Source: Candidatus Giovannonibacteria bacterium RIFCSPHIGHO2_01_FULL_45_24
GTDB taxonomy: Bacteria > Patescibacteriota > Minisyncoccia > UBA11713 > 2-01-FULL-45-33
Direction: 5' to 3'
DNA: 53,086 bases
Assembly: GCA_001778495.1 (NCBI GenBank)
Contig: MFHE01000006.1
Coordinates: 1 to 53,086 of the forward strand
Shown one piece after another: positions 43,924 to 53,086 of this stretch. A program made the translations under genes and the position numbers. Positions within the stretch are counted from its first letter, which is position 1. Every line of letters starts with the position of its first letter. The notes beneath the pieces were generated by a model. The model had not been told where the DNA came from. It saw nothing but the letters and a program-made list of their open reading frames with translations, and did not search any database.

Positions 43924-44985
43924 ATGGCAATCGCGTTTTTGATATTTTTGGCGGCGCTGCTACTTTTGGTCATTTCTCACGAGGCGGGGCATTTTTTCGC
44001 GGCGCGTGCTTTTGGGATAAAAGTTGAAGAGTTCGGTTTTGGAATTCCGCCGCGCATTTTTGGGTTGTGGCGGGATAAGCGCGGCACGCTTTTTTCTTTG
44101 AACCTTCTGCCTTTCGGCGGGTTTGTGAAAATTTTTGGAGAGGAGGGAAAAGAAGTTTCCAACCCGCAAAGTTTCGGTTCCAAACCGGCTTGGGCGCGCG
44201 CCTCGGTGCTTATAAGCGGCGTTTTGGCGAATGTATTTTTGGCGTATATTTTATTTGTTTTTGTAAGTGGTTTGGGTGTTATGGAAGCGGTTTCCGAAGA
44301 CGGGGCGGCGCTTTATCCGGACGCAAAGATAACGATTTTGGAAGTTGCCCCGAACTCGCCGGCGGAGAGTGCGGGCATACAAATAGGCGACAAAGTAGGC
44401 GGCTTTAAAAAAATAGAAGGATTGCAAAAATTTTTAAAAGAAAATGCCGGCAAAAGCGTCGTTTTAAATATTTCTCGCGGCGGAAAAGAGCTGTTTATTG
44501 AAGCATCTCCGAGAAAAACGCCTCCGGAAGGGGAAGGCGCTTTGGGAGTGGCTTTGGGATGGACAAGAATAAAAAAAGCTCCGTGGATGCTTGCTCCTCT
44601 GGAAGGGGCCAAACTCACGGGGCGGGCGGTTTGGGGAACCATATCGGGATTTTACTGGCTCGCAAAGGATTTTTTGGCGCAAAGACCGCCCGAAGTTGAG
44701 GTGGCCGGCCCGGTGGGAATTTTTAACATCACCGCCTCCGCCATCGGCGCCGGGTGGGGGTTTCTGCTCACTCTTTTGGGGCTGCTTTCAATAAATCTCG
44801 CTATTATAAATATAATTCCTTTCCCGGGCCTGGACGGCGGCCGGCTATTTTTTGTGCTTTTGGAAGTCGTTCGCGGCAAGCGCATTTCTCCAAAAACCAG
44901 CGCTTTGGCCCACAGCTTGGGACTTATGATTTTAATCGCCCTCATGCTTGCCGTAACCTACCGCGATATTGCAAAAATTTTCTGA
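43924..44985 (+). CDS. rseP: RseP-type site-2 membrane zinc protease with PDZ domain
   Basis: HEAGH, LPFGGFVK, NIIPFPGLDGG. Confidence 0.92.
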   Translation: MAIAFLIFLAALLLLVISHEAGHFFAARAFGIKVEEFGFGIPPRIFGLWRDKRGTLFSLNLLPFGGFVKIFGEEGKEVSNPQSFGSKPAWARASVLISGVLANVFLAYILFVFVSGLGVMEAVSEDGAALYPDAKITILEVAPNSPAESAGIQIGDKVGGFKKIEGLQKFLKENAGKSVVLNISRGGKELFIEASPRKTPPEGEGALGVALGWTRIKKAPWMLAPLEGAKLTGRAVWGTISGFYWLAKDFLAQRPPEVEVAGPVGIFNITASAIGAGWGFLLTLLGLLSINLAIINIIPFPGLDGGRLFFVLLEVVRGKRISPKTSALAHSLGLMILIALMLAVTYRDIAKIF

Positions 44986-44990
44986 CCAAC

Positions 44991-45013
44991 TGGTCAACCT
45001 GGCAGGTTGACCA
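44991..45013. repeat. REP palindrome upstream of the RAYT gene
   Basis: TGGTCAACCTG-G-CAGGTTGACCA, perfect 11-bp arms. Confidence 0.85.
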
Positions 45014-45042
45014 AAGAGTGCCCGCGGGTATAATATAACGAC

Positions 45043-45714
45043 ATGAACAAGGAAATAACTTTTGAGGGCGAGCATTCGGTATACCATATTTTTAGCAGAG
45101 GCGTAGAAAAACGTGATATTTTTTCTGATGACGACGACAGAAATAGATTTTTATTTTTGCTCTGCGCGCTTCAGGGTAATGTATTTTTCAATCACATTTC
45201 CAGCTTAGCGAAAAAATTTGGTCAACGTGGCACGTCGGCGCTTCAGGAAATTGAGCGAGACATTTTTAATGCGCAGATTGTTGAGCTTATCGGGTTTGTT
45301 TTGATGCCAAATCACTATCATTTGATGCTTCTGGAGTTACAAGAAAATGGAATTAGTAAGTTTATGAGCAGATTAGGAAATAGCTACACTAAATATTTTA
45401 ACCTTAAACACAAGCGCAATGGCTATTTGTTCAGCAGCCACTGCAATAAAATATTGGTTGATACTAATGAATATCTTTTGCATTTATCTGCGTATATTCA
45501 TCGCAATCCTAGAGAGTTGATTGGCTGGCGCAATAAAGAATCTAAGTATCCATGGTCTAGTTATCAAGATTATATCGGTTCGAATAGATTCGGAAATTTT
45601 ATAAACAGGTCTATTTTGTTAGATCAATTTTCTAGTCCTGAAGAGTACGGCGCGTTTGTAAGCAGCAGTAAAGCAAAGGATTACGAAGATTTTTTGGCCA
45701 ACCTGCCAGATTGA
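45043..45714 (+). mobile_element. REP-associated tyrosine (Y1/HUH) transposase, RAYT-like
   Basis: YHIFSRGVEKRDIF, LMPNHYHLML (HUH), YTKYFN, YIHRNP, YPWSSY; AT-rich and flanked by REPs. Confidence 0.88.
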
Positions 45715-45717
45715 CCA
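45695..45717. repeat. REP palindrome overlapping the RAYT stop codon
   Basis: TGGCCAACCTG-C-CAGATTGACCA, a variant of the 44991 copy. Confidence 0.8.
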
Positions 45718-45772
45718 AAGTTGTGGAGTTTTATTTTTTGATTTTTTATTGAAATACGGCTAACATATTCTC

Positions 45773-46984
45773 ATGCGTTTAAGCGAGCTTTTTACTAAAA
45801 CCCGAAGGACTCCGCCCAAAGACGAGGAGAGCGCGAACGCCATTTTTTTGGAGCAGGGAGGATTTATTAAAAAAGAAGCGGCCGGAGTTTATACTTTTCT
45901 GCCCTTGGGGTTGAGAGTTTTAAATAAGGTAGAAAATATTGTCCGGGAGGAAATGGACAGAGTCGGGGGCGCAGAGATTTTGATGCCCGCGCTGCATCCA
46001 GCTGAAAATTGGGAGGCGACAGGCAGGTGGAATAAGTTTGACGCGCTTTTTAAAACCGAAAGCCGTTTCGGCGGCAGGTACGCTTTGGGTCCGACGCACG
46101 AAGAGATAATTTATCCTTTGCTTAAGCATTTCTTGAGCTCGTATAAAGACCTGCCGATTAAGGTTTACCAGATTCAGACTAAGTTTAGGGACGAAAAAAG
46201 GGCAAAGGCCGGGCTTTTGCGCTCGCGCGAGTTTCGGATGAAGGATTTTTACAGCTTTCACGCAGGCGACAAGGAGCGCGATAAGTTTTACGAAGAGATG
46301 AAAAAGGCCTATCTTAAAACTTTCAGGCGTATTGGGCTTAAAGTGATAGTGGCGGAGGCATCCGGCGGAACTTTTTCGGAGCTTTCGCTGGAGTTTCAGG
46401 TCGCCTCGCTTGCGGGAGAAGACACTTTGTTTTTGTGCAAAAAGTGCGGTTCTGCGCGAAATAAAGAAATCGCCGCCAGCGGCGAAGAATGCCAAAAGTG
46501 CGGCGGAGAAACGGAGGAAATTAAAACAATAGAAGTGGGCAACATTTTCCCGTTAAAAGAGAAATTCGCCGAGGATTTTGGCTTGAAATTCAAAGACACC
46601 AAAGGCAAAGAGCACCTGGTCTCCGCCGGATGCTACGGGCTGGGAACGACGCGCGTAATGGGCACGGCAGTGGAGGTAGGGCACGATGAGCGCGGAATAA
46701 TTTGGCCGAAAGAAATTGCCCCGTTTCAAATACATCTCGTAGGACTGGATAAAGACGCCTCAAAAATTTACTCCATGATGATTGCGGAAGGAAGGGAAGT
46801 GTTGTATGATGACCGCCGGGGCGCGACGGCAGGAGAAAAATTCGCTGACGCCGACTTCATTGGCGCACCCGTAAGAGTTATCCTAAGCGCCCGGACAATG
46901 CAAGACGGCTCGGTTGAAATTAAAAAACGTTCGGCGAAAAATGCAATCATGGTTAAAATTAAAGATTTGCTCAAATATGTTTAA
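45773..46984 (+). CDS. proS: Prolyl-tRNA synthetase (short form, no editing domain)
   Basis: LGPTHEE, YQIQTKFRDEKR…LLRSREF, IEVGNIF, GCYGLG. Confidence 0.93.
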   Translation: MRLSELFTKTRRTPPKDEESANAIFLEQGGFIKKEAAGVYTFLPLGLRVLNKVENIVREEMDRVGGAEILMPALHPAENWEATGRWNKFDALFKTESRFGGRYALGPTHEEIIYPLLKHFLSSYKDLPIKVYQIQTKFRDEKRAKAGLLRSREFRMKDFYSFHAGDKERDKFYEEMKKAYLKTFRRIGLKVIVAEASGGTFSELSLEFQVASLAGEDTLFLCKKCGSARNKEIAASGEECQKCGGETEEIKTIEVGNIFPLKEKFAEDFGLKFKDTKGKEHLVSAGCYGLGTTRVMGTAVEVGHDERGIIWPKEIAPFQIHLVGLDKDASKIYSMMIAEGREVLYDDRRGATAGEKFADADFIGAPVRVILSARTMQDGSVEIKKRSAKNAIMVKIKDLLKYV

Positions 46985-48029
46985 TAAACTCTTCGGAGCA
47001 TTTTCAAAAGACCTGGGGATTGATTTGGGCACGGCCAACACGCTGGTTTACGTAAAAGGCGAGGGGATTGTGATAAACGAGCCGTCCGTCGTCGCGCTTA
47101 ACCAAAAAACCGGGCAGGTGGTGGCCATCGGCAATGAGGCGAAGAAAATGGTCGGCCGCACGCCGGGGCATATCGTGGCCATGCGCCCTTTGGTGGAGGG
47201 CGTGATTTCCGACTTTGAAGTAACGGCGGAGATGCTTACTTATTTTATAAAAAGCGTGCACAGCGCGACTTCCCAGCTTTTCGCGCGTCCCAGGGTAGTT
47301 ATCGGCATTCCTTCAAGCATTACTGAAGTGGAGCGGAGGGCCGTACGAGACGCGGCGCATAGCGCCGGAGCGAGGGAAGTTTATTTGGTGGAAGAGCCCA
47401 TGGCCGCGGCTATCGGCGCGCGCCTGCCCATACAGGAAGCGGTCGGAAGCATGATTATAGATTTGGGCGGAGGGACTACGGATATAGCGGTGATTTCCTT
47501 GGGCGGGATAGTCGCTTCGCGCAATCTCCGTATCGCCGGCGACAGATTCAACGAAGATATCGCCAATTACGCCAGGGACGAATTTAAGCTTCTCATCGGC
47601 GAGCGCACCGCGGAGGACGTTAAAATTTCAATCGGCTCCGTCTGGAAAACAAACGAGGTTTTGGAAGGGACTTTGCGCGGCAGGGATTTGGTTACCGGTT
47701 TGCCGAGGGAAGTTTTAATCACGGATGGCGATGTGCGAGCGGCTCTCTCTAAATCCACGAAGGCAATCGTGGAAGCGGTGAAAGCGACCATTGAAGACAC
47801 CCCTCCGGAACTTGTGGCGGATATTATGCGCCGCGGGATACTGCTTGTGGGCGGAGGGGGCCTGATAAGAGGCTTGGACCGGCTCTTGGAAAGGGAAACC
47901 AAAATGCCGGTTTATCTGGTTGAGGATCCGCTTACTGCTGTCGTCCGCGGCACGGGAATAATTTTGGAGGACTTGGACGGACTCCGCGAAGTTTTCATTG
48001 AAGACGACTATGACATTCCGCCAAAATAA
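46977..48029 (+). CDS. mreB: Rod shape-determining protein MreB
   Basis: GIDLGTANT, EEPMAAAIG, DLGGGTTD; upstream of mreC. Confidence 0.94.
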   Translation: MFNKLFGAFSKDLGIDLGTANTLVYVKGEGIVINEPSVVALNQKTGQVVAIGNEAKKMVGRTPGHIVAMRPLVEGVISDFEVTAEMLTYFIKSVHSATSQLFARPRVVIGIPSSITEVERRAVRDAAHSAGAREVYLVEEPMAAAIGARLPIQEAVGSMIIDLGGGTTDIAVISLGGIVASRNLRIAGDRFNEDIANYARDEFKLLIGERTAEDVKISIGSVWKTNEVLEGTLRGRDLVTGLPREVLITDGDVRAALSKSTKAIVEAVKATIEDTPPELVADIMRRGILLVGGGGLIRGLDRLLERETKMPVYLVEDPLTAVVRGTGIILEDLDGLREVFIEDDYDIPPK

Positions 48030-48726
48030 TAAAGCGCCAGGACTTAAATTTTACGCGGGGGCACTTTTCTGGCTGGCGCTTCTGGCGCTCATTTTTTTTA
48101 ACGCGCCCAAGGTGTTTTTAAAAAATATTACCACGAAAGCCGTTTTATTTTTCGCTCCGGAGCTGGCAGGATTGCGCGCGAGCCGCCAAAATCTCGCCTT
48201 GCTTTTGAGAATAGCGGACCTTGAGCACGAAAATGAGCTTCTTAGAAAATCTTTGGGTCTACGGCCGGCGCAGACTATTTCGGCGAAGGTTATTTTCGGC
48301 GGCGGGTATTTTTTTATGGACGCGGTTTTTATTAACGTAGGGAATGAGGCGGGGGCAAGGCCAGGAGACTTAGTAACTTCGGAGGACGGCGTTTTGGTTG
48401 GTAAAATTGTCGAAAGCTCAAGCGGCTGGAGCAAGGTTTTGCTTTTCGGCGGAGTGGGCGAGGAGGCGGCGCTCCGCTTGGGCAAGGAGCCCGGCGCCCC
48501 CGTAGGAGCAATGGGGCGAGGAGGCGGCGAGTTTATCGCCGAGCTCCCGGCCGGCGCGGATGTTGAAGTCGGGGATGCGGCGCGCTTTTCTGATTTGCCA
48601 GATTACATAGCCGGGCTTGTGGATAAAATCGCGGTTGAAGAGGGGAGCAAATTAAAAAGAGTTTTTATTAAAACGCCGTTTTCCCCAAGCGCGCTTTACG
48701 AAGTTAGAGTGCTTCTGAAAAAATGA
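48010..48726 (+). CDS. mreC: Rod shape-determining protein MreC
   Basis: TM helix, LEHENELLRKSL, INVG…GVLVGKI; synteny. Confidence 0.85.
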   Translation: MTFRQNNKAPGLKFYAGALFWLALLALIFFNAPKVFLKNITTKAVLFFAPELAGLRASRQNLALLLRIADLEHENELLRKSLGLRPAQTISAKVIFGGGYFFMDAVFINVGNEAGARPGDLVTSEDGVLVGKIVESSSGWSKVLLFGGVGEEAALRLGKEPGAPVGAMGRGGGEFIAELPAGADVEVGDAARFSDLPDYIAGLVDKIAVEEGSKLKRVFIKTPFSPSALYEVRVLLKK

Positions 48727-49031
48727 TTGATTACAGGATTTTACTCCCGGCGTTTTTGTACGGCATTATATTTGAAAGTTTCGGAGCGGCCCATTTTGGG
48801 TTTTATTTGGCTCCTTTGATGGTCGCCGCGTTTTTGCTTGCGGCGCTCCCTTTTACGATTAGGATCGCAAATCTGGCTATCGCTTGGATTTTGGGCACGT
48901 CACTTATGTTGTTTTTAGCGGTTTTTTGGGGCGGCGGCGCTTTGCCGTCAACCAAGGTATTGATTCATATCGCGGCTTACTTATCGCCGTTTTTAATAAT
49001 TGCAAGCGCATTTTATGATACGAAGAGATAA
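48723..49031 (+). CDS. Small polytopic membrane protein at the mreD position
   Basis: Hydrophobic 102-aa ORF between mreC and mrdA. Confidence 0.55.
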   Translation: MIDYRILLPAFLYGIIFESFGAAHFGFYLAPLMVAAFLLAALPFTIRIANLAIAWILGTSLMLFLAVFWGGGALPSTKVLIHIAAYLSPFLIIASAFYDTKR

Positions 49032-50697
49032 AAGAGAAATAGAAATAGACGAAATTTTTCTGGACCAAAAAAACGCGCCCGGTTTCCATAAAGAAAATCT
49101 TGAGGGCGTAATAGAAAATCCGGTAAAAAAAGAATTATTTTGGTTTTTGGGCACGGCTATCTTCGTCGTATTTTTGGGTTTCGGATTGCGCGCCTATTTT
49201 CTTCAAATTGTAAATGGAGACGCGTTTTTGGCGCGCGCGGAGAAAAATTTTTTAAGAGCGGTGAGTCAGCGCGTTGAGCGGGGGATAATTTACGACAGGG
49301 ATTTGCTCCCCCTTGCTTACAACGAAACTGTAGCCATAGGCAGCATCAGAAAATATCCGCCGCGCGGACTCCTCCATATTTTGGGTTTTTTAAGCTATTC
49401 CGGCAAAGAGCAGGGCGAACTTGCTTACGGAGCGAGCGGCCTTGAATCGGCTTACGACGAGGTACTCCGGGGAGAACCCGCCAAGGGGATTGAAGAAATT
49501 GACGCGAAGGGGAATATAATCAGCGAAGGGATTTCGGAAAAAGGCAAGCCGGGCGAAAATATTTTAACGAGCATCTCTTACGACCTTCAGCAAAAGCTTG
49601 CGGAAGCGCTGGGCAGGACAATGCTCTCCCGCGGATTTCGGGGCGGAGCCGGAGTGATTATGGACGTAGAGAGCGGCGAAATTCTGGCTCTCGTAAGCGC
49701 GCCGGAGTTTGACCCTAATCTGCTAGCCGGGAAAAATGAACCAGAGGAAGTAAACAAGCTTCTCAATGACGCGAGCAAGCCGTTTTTGAACAGGGCTGTC
49801 TCCGGACTTTACGCGCCTGGGTCAATAGTCAAGCCAGCGCTGGCGGCTGGCGCGCTTTTTGAAAATATTATAACCCCCGAGGAGAAAATACTGAGCACCG
49901 GGAGCATAAGCTTGCCGAATCCTTACAACCCGTCCCGCCCCAATGTATTTCTGGACTGGAAAGCCCACGGGTGGGTTGATATGCGAGAAGCCCTTGCCCA
50001 ATCCAGCGACGTTTATTTTTATGAAATTGGCGGAGGATACCAGGGCCGGAAAGGGCTGGGGCCGTGGAACATAAAAAAATATTTATCCATGTTCGGGATG
50101 AATTCAAAAAGCGGGATTGATTTGCCCGGAGAAGCGGCCGGGCATTTGCCTGACCCTTCAGAAAAACAGGGCGGAAGAGCATGGACCATCGGCGATACTT
50201 ATCACGTCTCCATCGGCCAGGGGGATATTTATATTACGCCGATTGAGGCCGCCGTTTACGCTTCGGTCCTCGCGTCGGAGGGAGCGGTGGTTTACCCACA
50301 TTTAGTTACCGCGATTTTGGACCAAAATAAAAAACCGGTTCAGATTTTAAGCTACCCACAAAAAGAAAAACTTGCTTTGCCGCCGGAAATTTTTAAAGTT
50401 ATACGCGAGGGAATGAGAGCGTCGGTGCTGCGCGGCACAGCAAGCGGGCTTAGCGACATTCCTTTGGAAATCGCGGCCAAAACGGGGACGGCGGAAATAG
50501 GCCAAAAAGACAGGGTGAATTCCTGGTCAATAGGATTTTTGCCGGCAGGAGCTCCCCGGCTGGCATTCGCGATATTGCTTGAATCCGGGCCGCGGCAGAA
50601 CACGATTGGCGCGACGTACGTCGCTTCGGAAGTTTTCCGGTGGGCGGCGGACACAGATTTTCTTTCCGGGATGGATGGTGCTATACTACGGAGATAA
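49015..50697 (+). CDS. mrdA: Penicillin-binding protein 2
   Basis: RGIIYDR, PGSIVK (SxxK), SSDVYFY, AKTGTAE. Confidence 0.9.
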   Translation: MIRRDKREIEIDEIFLDQKNAPGFHKENLEGVIENPVKKELFWFLGTAIFVVFLGFGLRAYFLQIVNGDAFLARAEKNFLRAVSQRVERGIIYDRDLLPLAYNETVAIGSIRKYPPRGLLHILGFLSYSGKEQGELAYGASGLESAYDEVLRGEPAKGIEEIDAKGNIISEGISEKGKPGENILTSISYDLQQKLAEALGRTMLSRGFRGGAGVIMDVESGEILALVSAPEFDPNLLAGKNEPEEVNKLLNDASKPFLNRAVSGLYAPGSIVKPALAAGALFENIITPEEKILSTGSISLPNPYNPSRPNVFLDWKAHGWVDMREALAQSSDVYFYEIGGGYQGRKGLGPWNIKKYLSMFGMNSKSGIDLPGEAAGHLPDPSEKQGGRAWTIGDTYHVSIGQGDIYITPIEAAVYASVLASEGAVVYPHLVTAILDQNKKPVQILSYPQKEKLALPPEIFKVIREGMRASVLRGTASGLSDIPLEIAAKTGTAEIGQKDRVNSWSIGFLPAGAPRLAFAILLESGPRQNTIGATYVASEVFRWAADTDFLSGMDGAILRR

Positions 50698-50705
50698 TAA
50701 ATTTT

Positions 50706-51176
50706 ATGAACGACCTAGATTCAGCGTATTTTTCAAAAGAGGGTTTGGCCAAGCTTAAAAACGAACTTGGAACTCTTAAGACTAAAAAGCGGAAAGAAAT
50801 AGCCGACCGGCTTGAGTTCGCGAAAAGCTTGGGAGATTTGTCCGAGAACTCGGAATATCAAGAGGCGAAAGAGTCGCAGATATTAAACGAGGCCAAAATA
50901 GCCGAGCTGGAAGATATGCTTCGCCGCGCCGTGGTTGTTGAAGGCGGCGCCAAAGGGGGCGCGGCGAACATTGGATCAAGAATTACGGTTGAGGATTCCT
51001 CCGGCCAGCGGCTCAATTTCACCATCGTGGGTTCCAATGAGGCCTCTCCGGCCGAAAACAAAATTTCAAACGAATCCCCGCTTGGCAAGGCGCTCTTGGG
51101 ACGGAAAAAATACGATTCCGTTTCGGTTCAAACGCCAAAAGGCGCGGCTTTGTATAAAATCGTTGATATAATATAA
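50706..51176 (+). CDS. greA: Transcription elongation factor GreA
   Basis: GDLSENSEY, ISNESPLGKALLG. Confidence 0.95.
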   Translation: MNDLDSAYFSKEGLAKLKNELGTLKTKKRKEIADRLEFAKSLGDLSENSEYQEAKESQILNEAKIAELEDMLRRAVVVEGGAKGGAANIGSRITVEDSSGQRLNFTIVGSNEASPAENKISNESPLGKALLGRKKYDSVSVQTPKGAALYKIVDII

Positions 51177-51178
51177 GT

Positions 51179-52606
51179 ATGCCTTCTCCGGGGGAAGAAA
51201 TAAGAAAACATCGCGTTGGGAAAATCGGCCTTTTGCGCTCATTTGGAATTGACCCTTATCCCGCCATCGCGCAGTTCGCGCTTACGGAAATAAGCGCCGT
51301 GAAAGAAAATTTCAAAAGGCGCAGGGCTGCGGGAAAACCCGTGTGCGTTGCGGGGAGAATTATGGCCAAGCGCGGACACGGCGGTTCCGTTTTTTTTGAT
51401 ATTTTTGATGGTTCGACTTCGCTCACCACAAGCGGGAAGCTTCAGATTTTTATGGGAGAAGATAAAGTAGGCGCCGAGGCGTATAAATTATTTACGGACA
51501 CGGCCGACATCGGCGATTTCGTTGCCGTCTGCGGCAAACCATTTTATACAAAAAAGAAAGAACCGACCATAGAAGTTTTGAAATGGAATATGCTTGCGAA
51601 ATCTTTGCTGCCGCTTCCAGAAAAATGGCATGGACTTCAGGACGTAGAAGAAAGGTTTAGGAAAAGATATTTGGACGCCCTGATGAACCCGGAGGTGCGG
51701 GAGCGTTTTTTGTTGAGGTCCAACATCGCGCGGAATTTGCGGAATATTTTGGACAAGGAAAATTACGTGGAAGTGGAAACCCCGATGCTCCAGCCGATAT
51801 ACGGCGGGGCGCTGGCGGAGCCGTTTAAGACCCGCCACCGCATGCTGGATATGGATATGTATTTAAGAATCGCCCCGGAGCTTTATTTAAAAAGATTGCT
51901 CGCGGCGGGATTTAATAAAATTTACGAAATCGGAAAAAATTTCAGGAATGAGGGCTTGGACGCGACGCACAATCCGGAATTCACCACCATAGAGCTCTAC
52001 GCCGCTTACAAAGACGCGGCGTATCTTAGAGATTTTATGTCCGCTGTTTTAGAACGGCTGATTAAAATTGTTTTGGGCGCGTCATCGTTTGAATTTGGCG
52101 GGAAAACAATAAAATTTCCTAAAAAGATCCCCACGATAAAATTTTGGCAGGTTTTGGAAAAGCACGCCGGTCTTGCGGACACGAAGAAGTTAAACCCAAA
52201 CGATGCGGATGAAATTTTTAAAAAAATATGCCGCCCCAAAATTATAAACCCTGTCTATGTCGTGGATTATCCGATAGAAATGTCTCCTTTGGCGAAAAAT
52301 CGCGCAGGGAACCTGAAAATTGTTGACCGCTTCCAGCTTATCGTCGGCGGGATTGAACTTATTAACGGTTTCTCTGAACTTAACGATCCGGAAGAGCAAA
52401 GAAAGCGCTTGGAAGCCCAAGAAAAATTAAGAGCCGCAGAAAACAAAGAGGCCCATCCGATGGACGAAGATTTTATAGAGATGCTTGAATACGGCATGCC
52501 GCCCGCCGCCGGATTAGCCGTAAGCATAGACCGGCTAGCCATGCTTTTAACGGATATGCACAATATTAAAGAAGTCATTATTTTCCCCACAATGAAGCCG
52601 AAATGA
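51179..52606 (+). CDS. lysS: Lysyl-tRNA synthetase (class II)
   Basis: LPEKWHGL, YLRIAPELYLKRL, FRNEG, HNPEFT, YGMPPAAG. Confidence 0.95.
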   Translation: MPSPGEEIRKHRVGKIGLLRSFGIDPYPAIAQFALTEISAVKENFKRRRAAGKPVCVAGRIMAKRGHGGSVFFDIFDGSTSLTTSGKLQIFMGEDKVGAEAYKLFTDTADIGDFVAVCGKPFYTKKKEPTIEVLKWNMLAKSLLPLPEKWHGLQDVEERFRKRYLDALMNPEVRERFLLRSNIARNLRNILDKENYVEVETPMLQPIYGGALAEPFKTRHRMLDMDMYLRIAPELYLKRLLAAGFNKIYEIGKNFRNEGLDATHNPEFTTIELYAAYKDAAYLRDFMSAVLERLIKIVLGASSFEFGGKTIKFPKKIPTIKFWQVLEKHAGLADTKKLNPNDADEIFKKICRPKIINPVYVVDYPIEMSPLAKNRAGNLKIVDRFQLIVGGIELINGFSELNDPEEQRKRLEAQEKLRAAENKEAHPMDEDFIEMLEYGMPPAAGLAVSIDRLAMLLTDMHNIKEVIIFPTMKPK

Positions 52607-52618
52607 TATAATTGGTTT

Positions 52619-52763
52619 ATGGCCCAACTGACAAAACAACAAATCAAACGGCAAGATTTCGTGGATAACGAAGTTTTTGAGTTGGTTCAACGGCTTGCGC
52701 AATCCGCAAAAATTAAATGGGATTATGAGTGAGATGCGGTTTTATCCTTATCTAAAAATATGA
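52619..52763 (+). pseudogene. Probable internally deleted or frameshifted small hypothetical gene
   Basis: MAQLTKQQIKRQDFVDNEVFELVQRL…KWDYE* (52619-52732) overlaps a second-frame MSEMRFYPYLKI* (52725-52763); TATAAT lies 6 nt upstream. Confidence 0.4.
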
Positions 52764-52766
52764 AAT

Positions 52767-53086
52767 ATGACAATTAGTACCATAGAAAAAATTGATTTAT
52801 TTAATAAGAAGACAAAAACCAAAGTAAAAGCAAACGTCATTCTTGGTAATTGTCTGGATGTCTTAAAAAACATGCCAAACAATTCTATTGATCTTATAGT
52901 CACATCACCGCCGTATGCCGATCAAAGAAAAAGCACTTACGGTGGAATTAGCCCTAATAAATATGTAGACTGGTTTTTGCCTATCGCTGAAGAGTTATTG
53001 CGTGTTTTACATCCAAAAGGAACTTTTATTTTAAATATCAAAGAGAAGGTTGTTAATAGTGAACGACACACTTATGTCATGGAATT
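52767..53086 (+). CDS. N4/N6 DNA methyltransferase (beta class, SPPY), truncated by the window end
   Basis: Manual translation …ILGNCLDVLKNMPNNSIDLIVTSPPYADQRKSTYGG…ELLRVLHPKGTFILNIKEK; AT-rich. Confidence 0.88.
   Translation, partial: MTISTIEKIDLFNKKTKTKVKANVILGNCLDVLKNMPNNSIDLIVTSPPYADQRKSTYGGISPNKYVDWFLPIAEELLRVLHPKGTFILNIKEKVVNSERHTYVME

Noticed and set aside
41776-48029. Two mreB copies as a novelty
   Set aside because: MreB/Mbl paralogues, one near murA and one with mreC, are commonplace.

Overview
Bacterial chromosome segment of 53 kb, genetic code 11. The gene content, short housekeeping proteins, Cys-rich and giant surface proteins and leaderless-type promoters suggest Patescibacteria/CPR (Parcubacteria-like); this is an inference. 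Core genes: pfkB-like kinase, fba, rplY, prfA, rpmE, rpsB, tsf, an ndh-rrf2-iscS-iscU-ferredoxin-sod-nifU-degP-clpB cluster, four tRNAs, rpmG (missed by the ORF track), pcm, mltG, rpsP-khpA-trmD, murA, two mreB paralogues, frr, rseP, proS, mreC/mreD-like/mrdA, greA, lysS and a truncated DNA methyltransferase. The standout is a 2778-aa membrane-anchored, tail-fibre-like protein (30866-39202). It holds two canonical inteins at equivalent repeat sites, and each carries an intact NYN (PIN-like RNase) domain where a homing endonuclease normally sits. Each intein also hides, on the opposite strand just after the NYN domain, a near-consensus sigma70 promoter, a ~40-45-nt hairpin RNA and a terminator. 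The stand-alone NYN gene at 14943 has the same promoter/short-RNA/terminator unit beside it. Together these suggest an NYN plus small-RNA (toxin-antitoxin-like) module carried as intein cargo. Several palindromic repeat families flank small PaaX-like, RAYT and GIY-YIG genes, and others sit in frame inside housekeeping genes.
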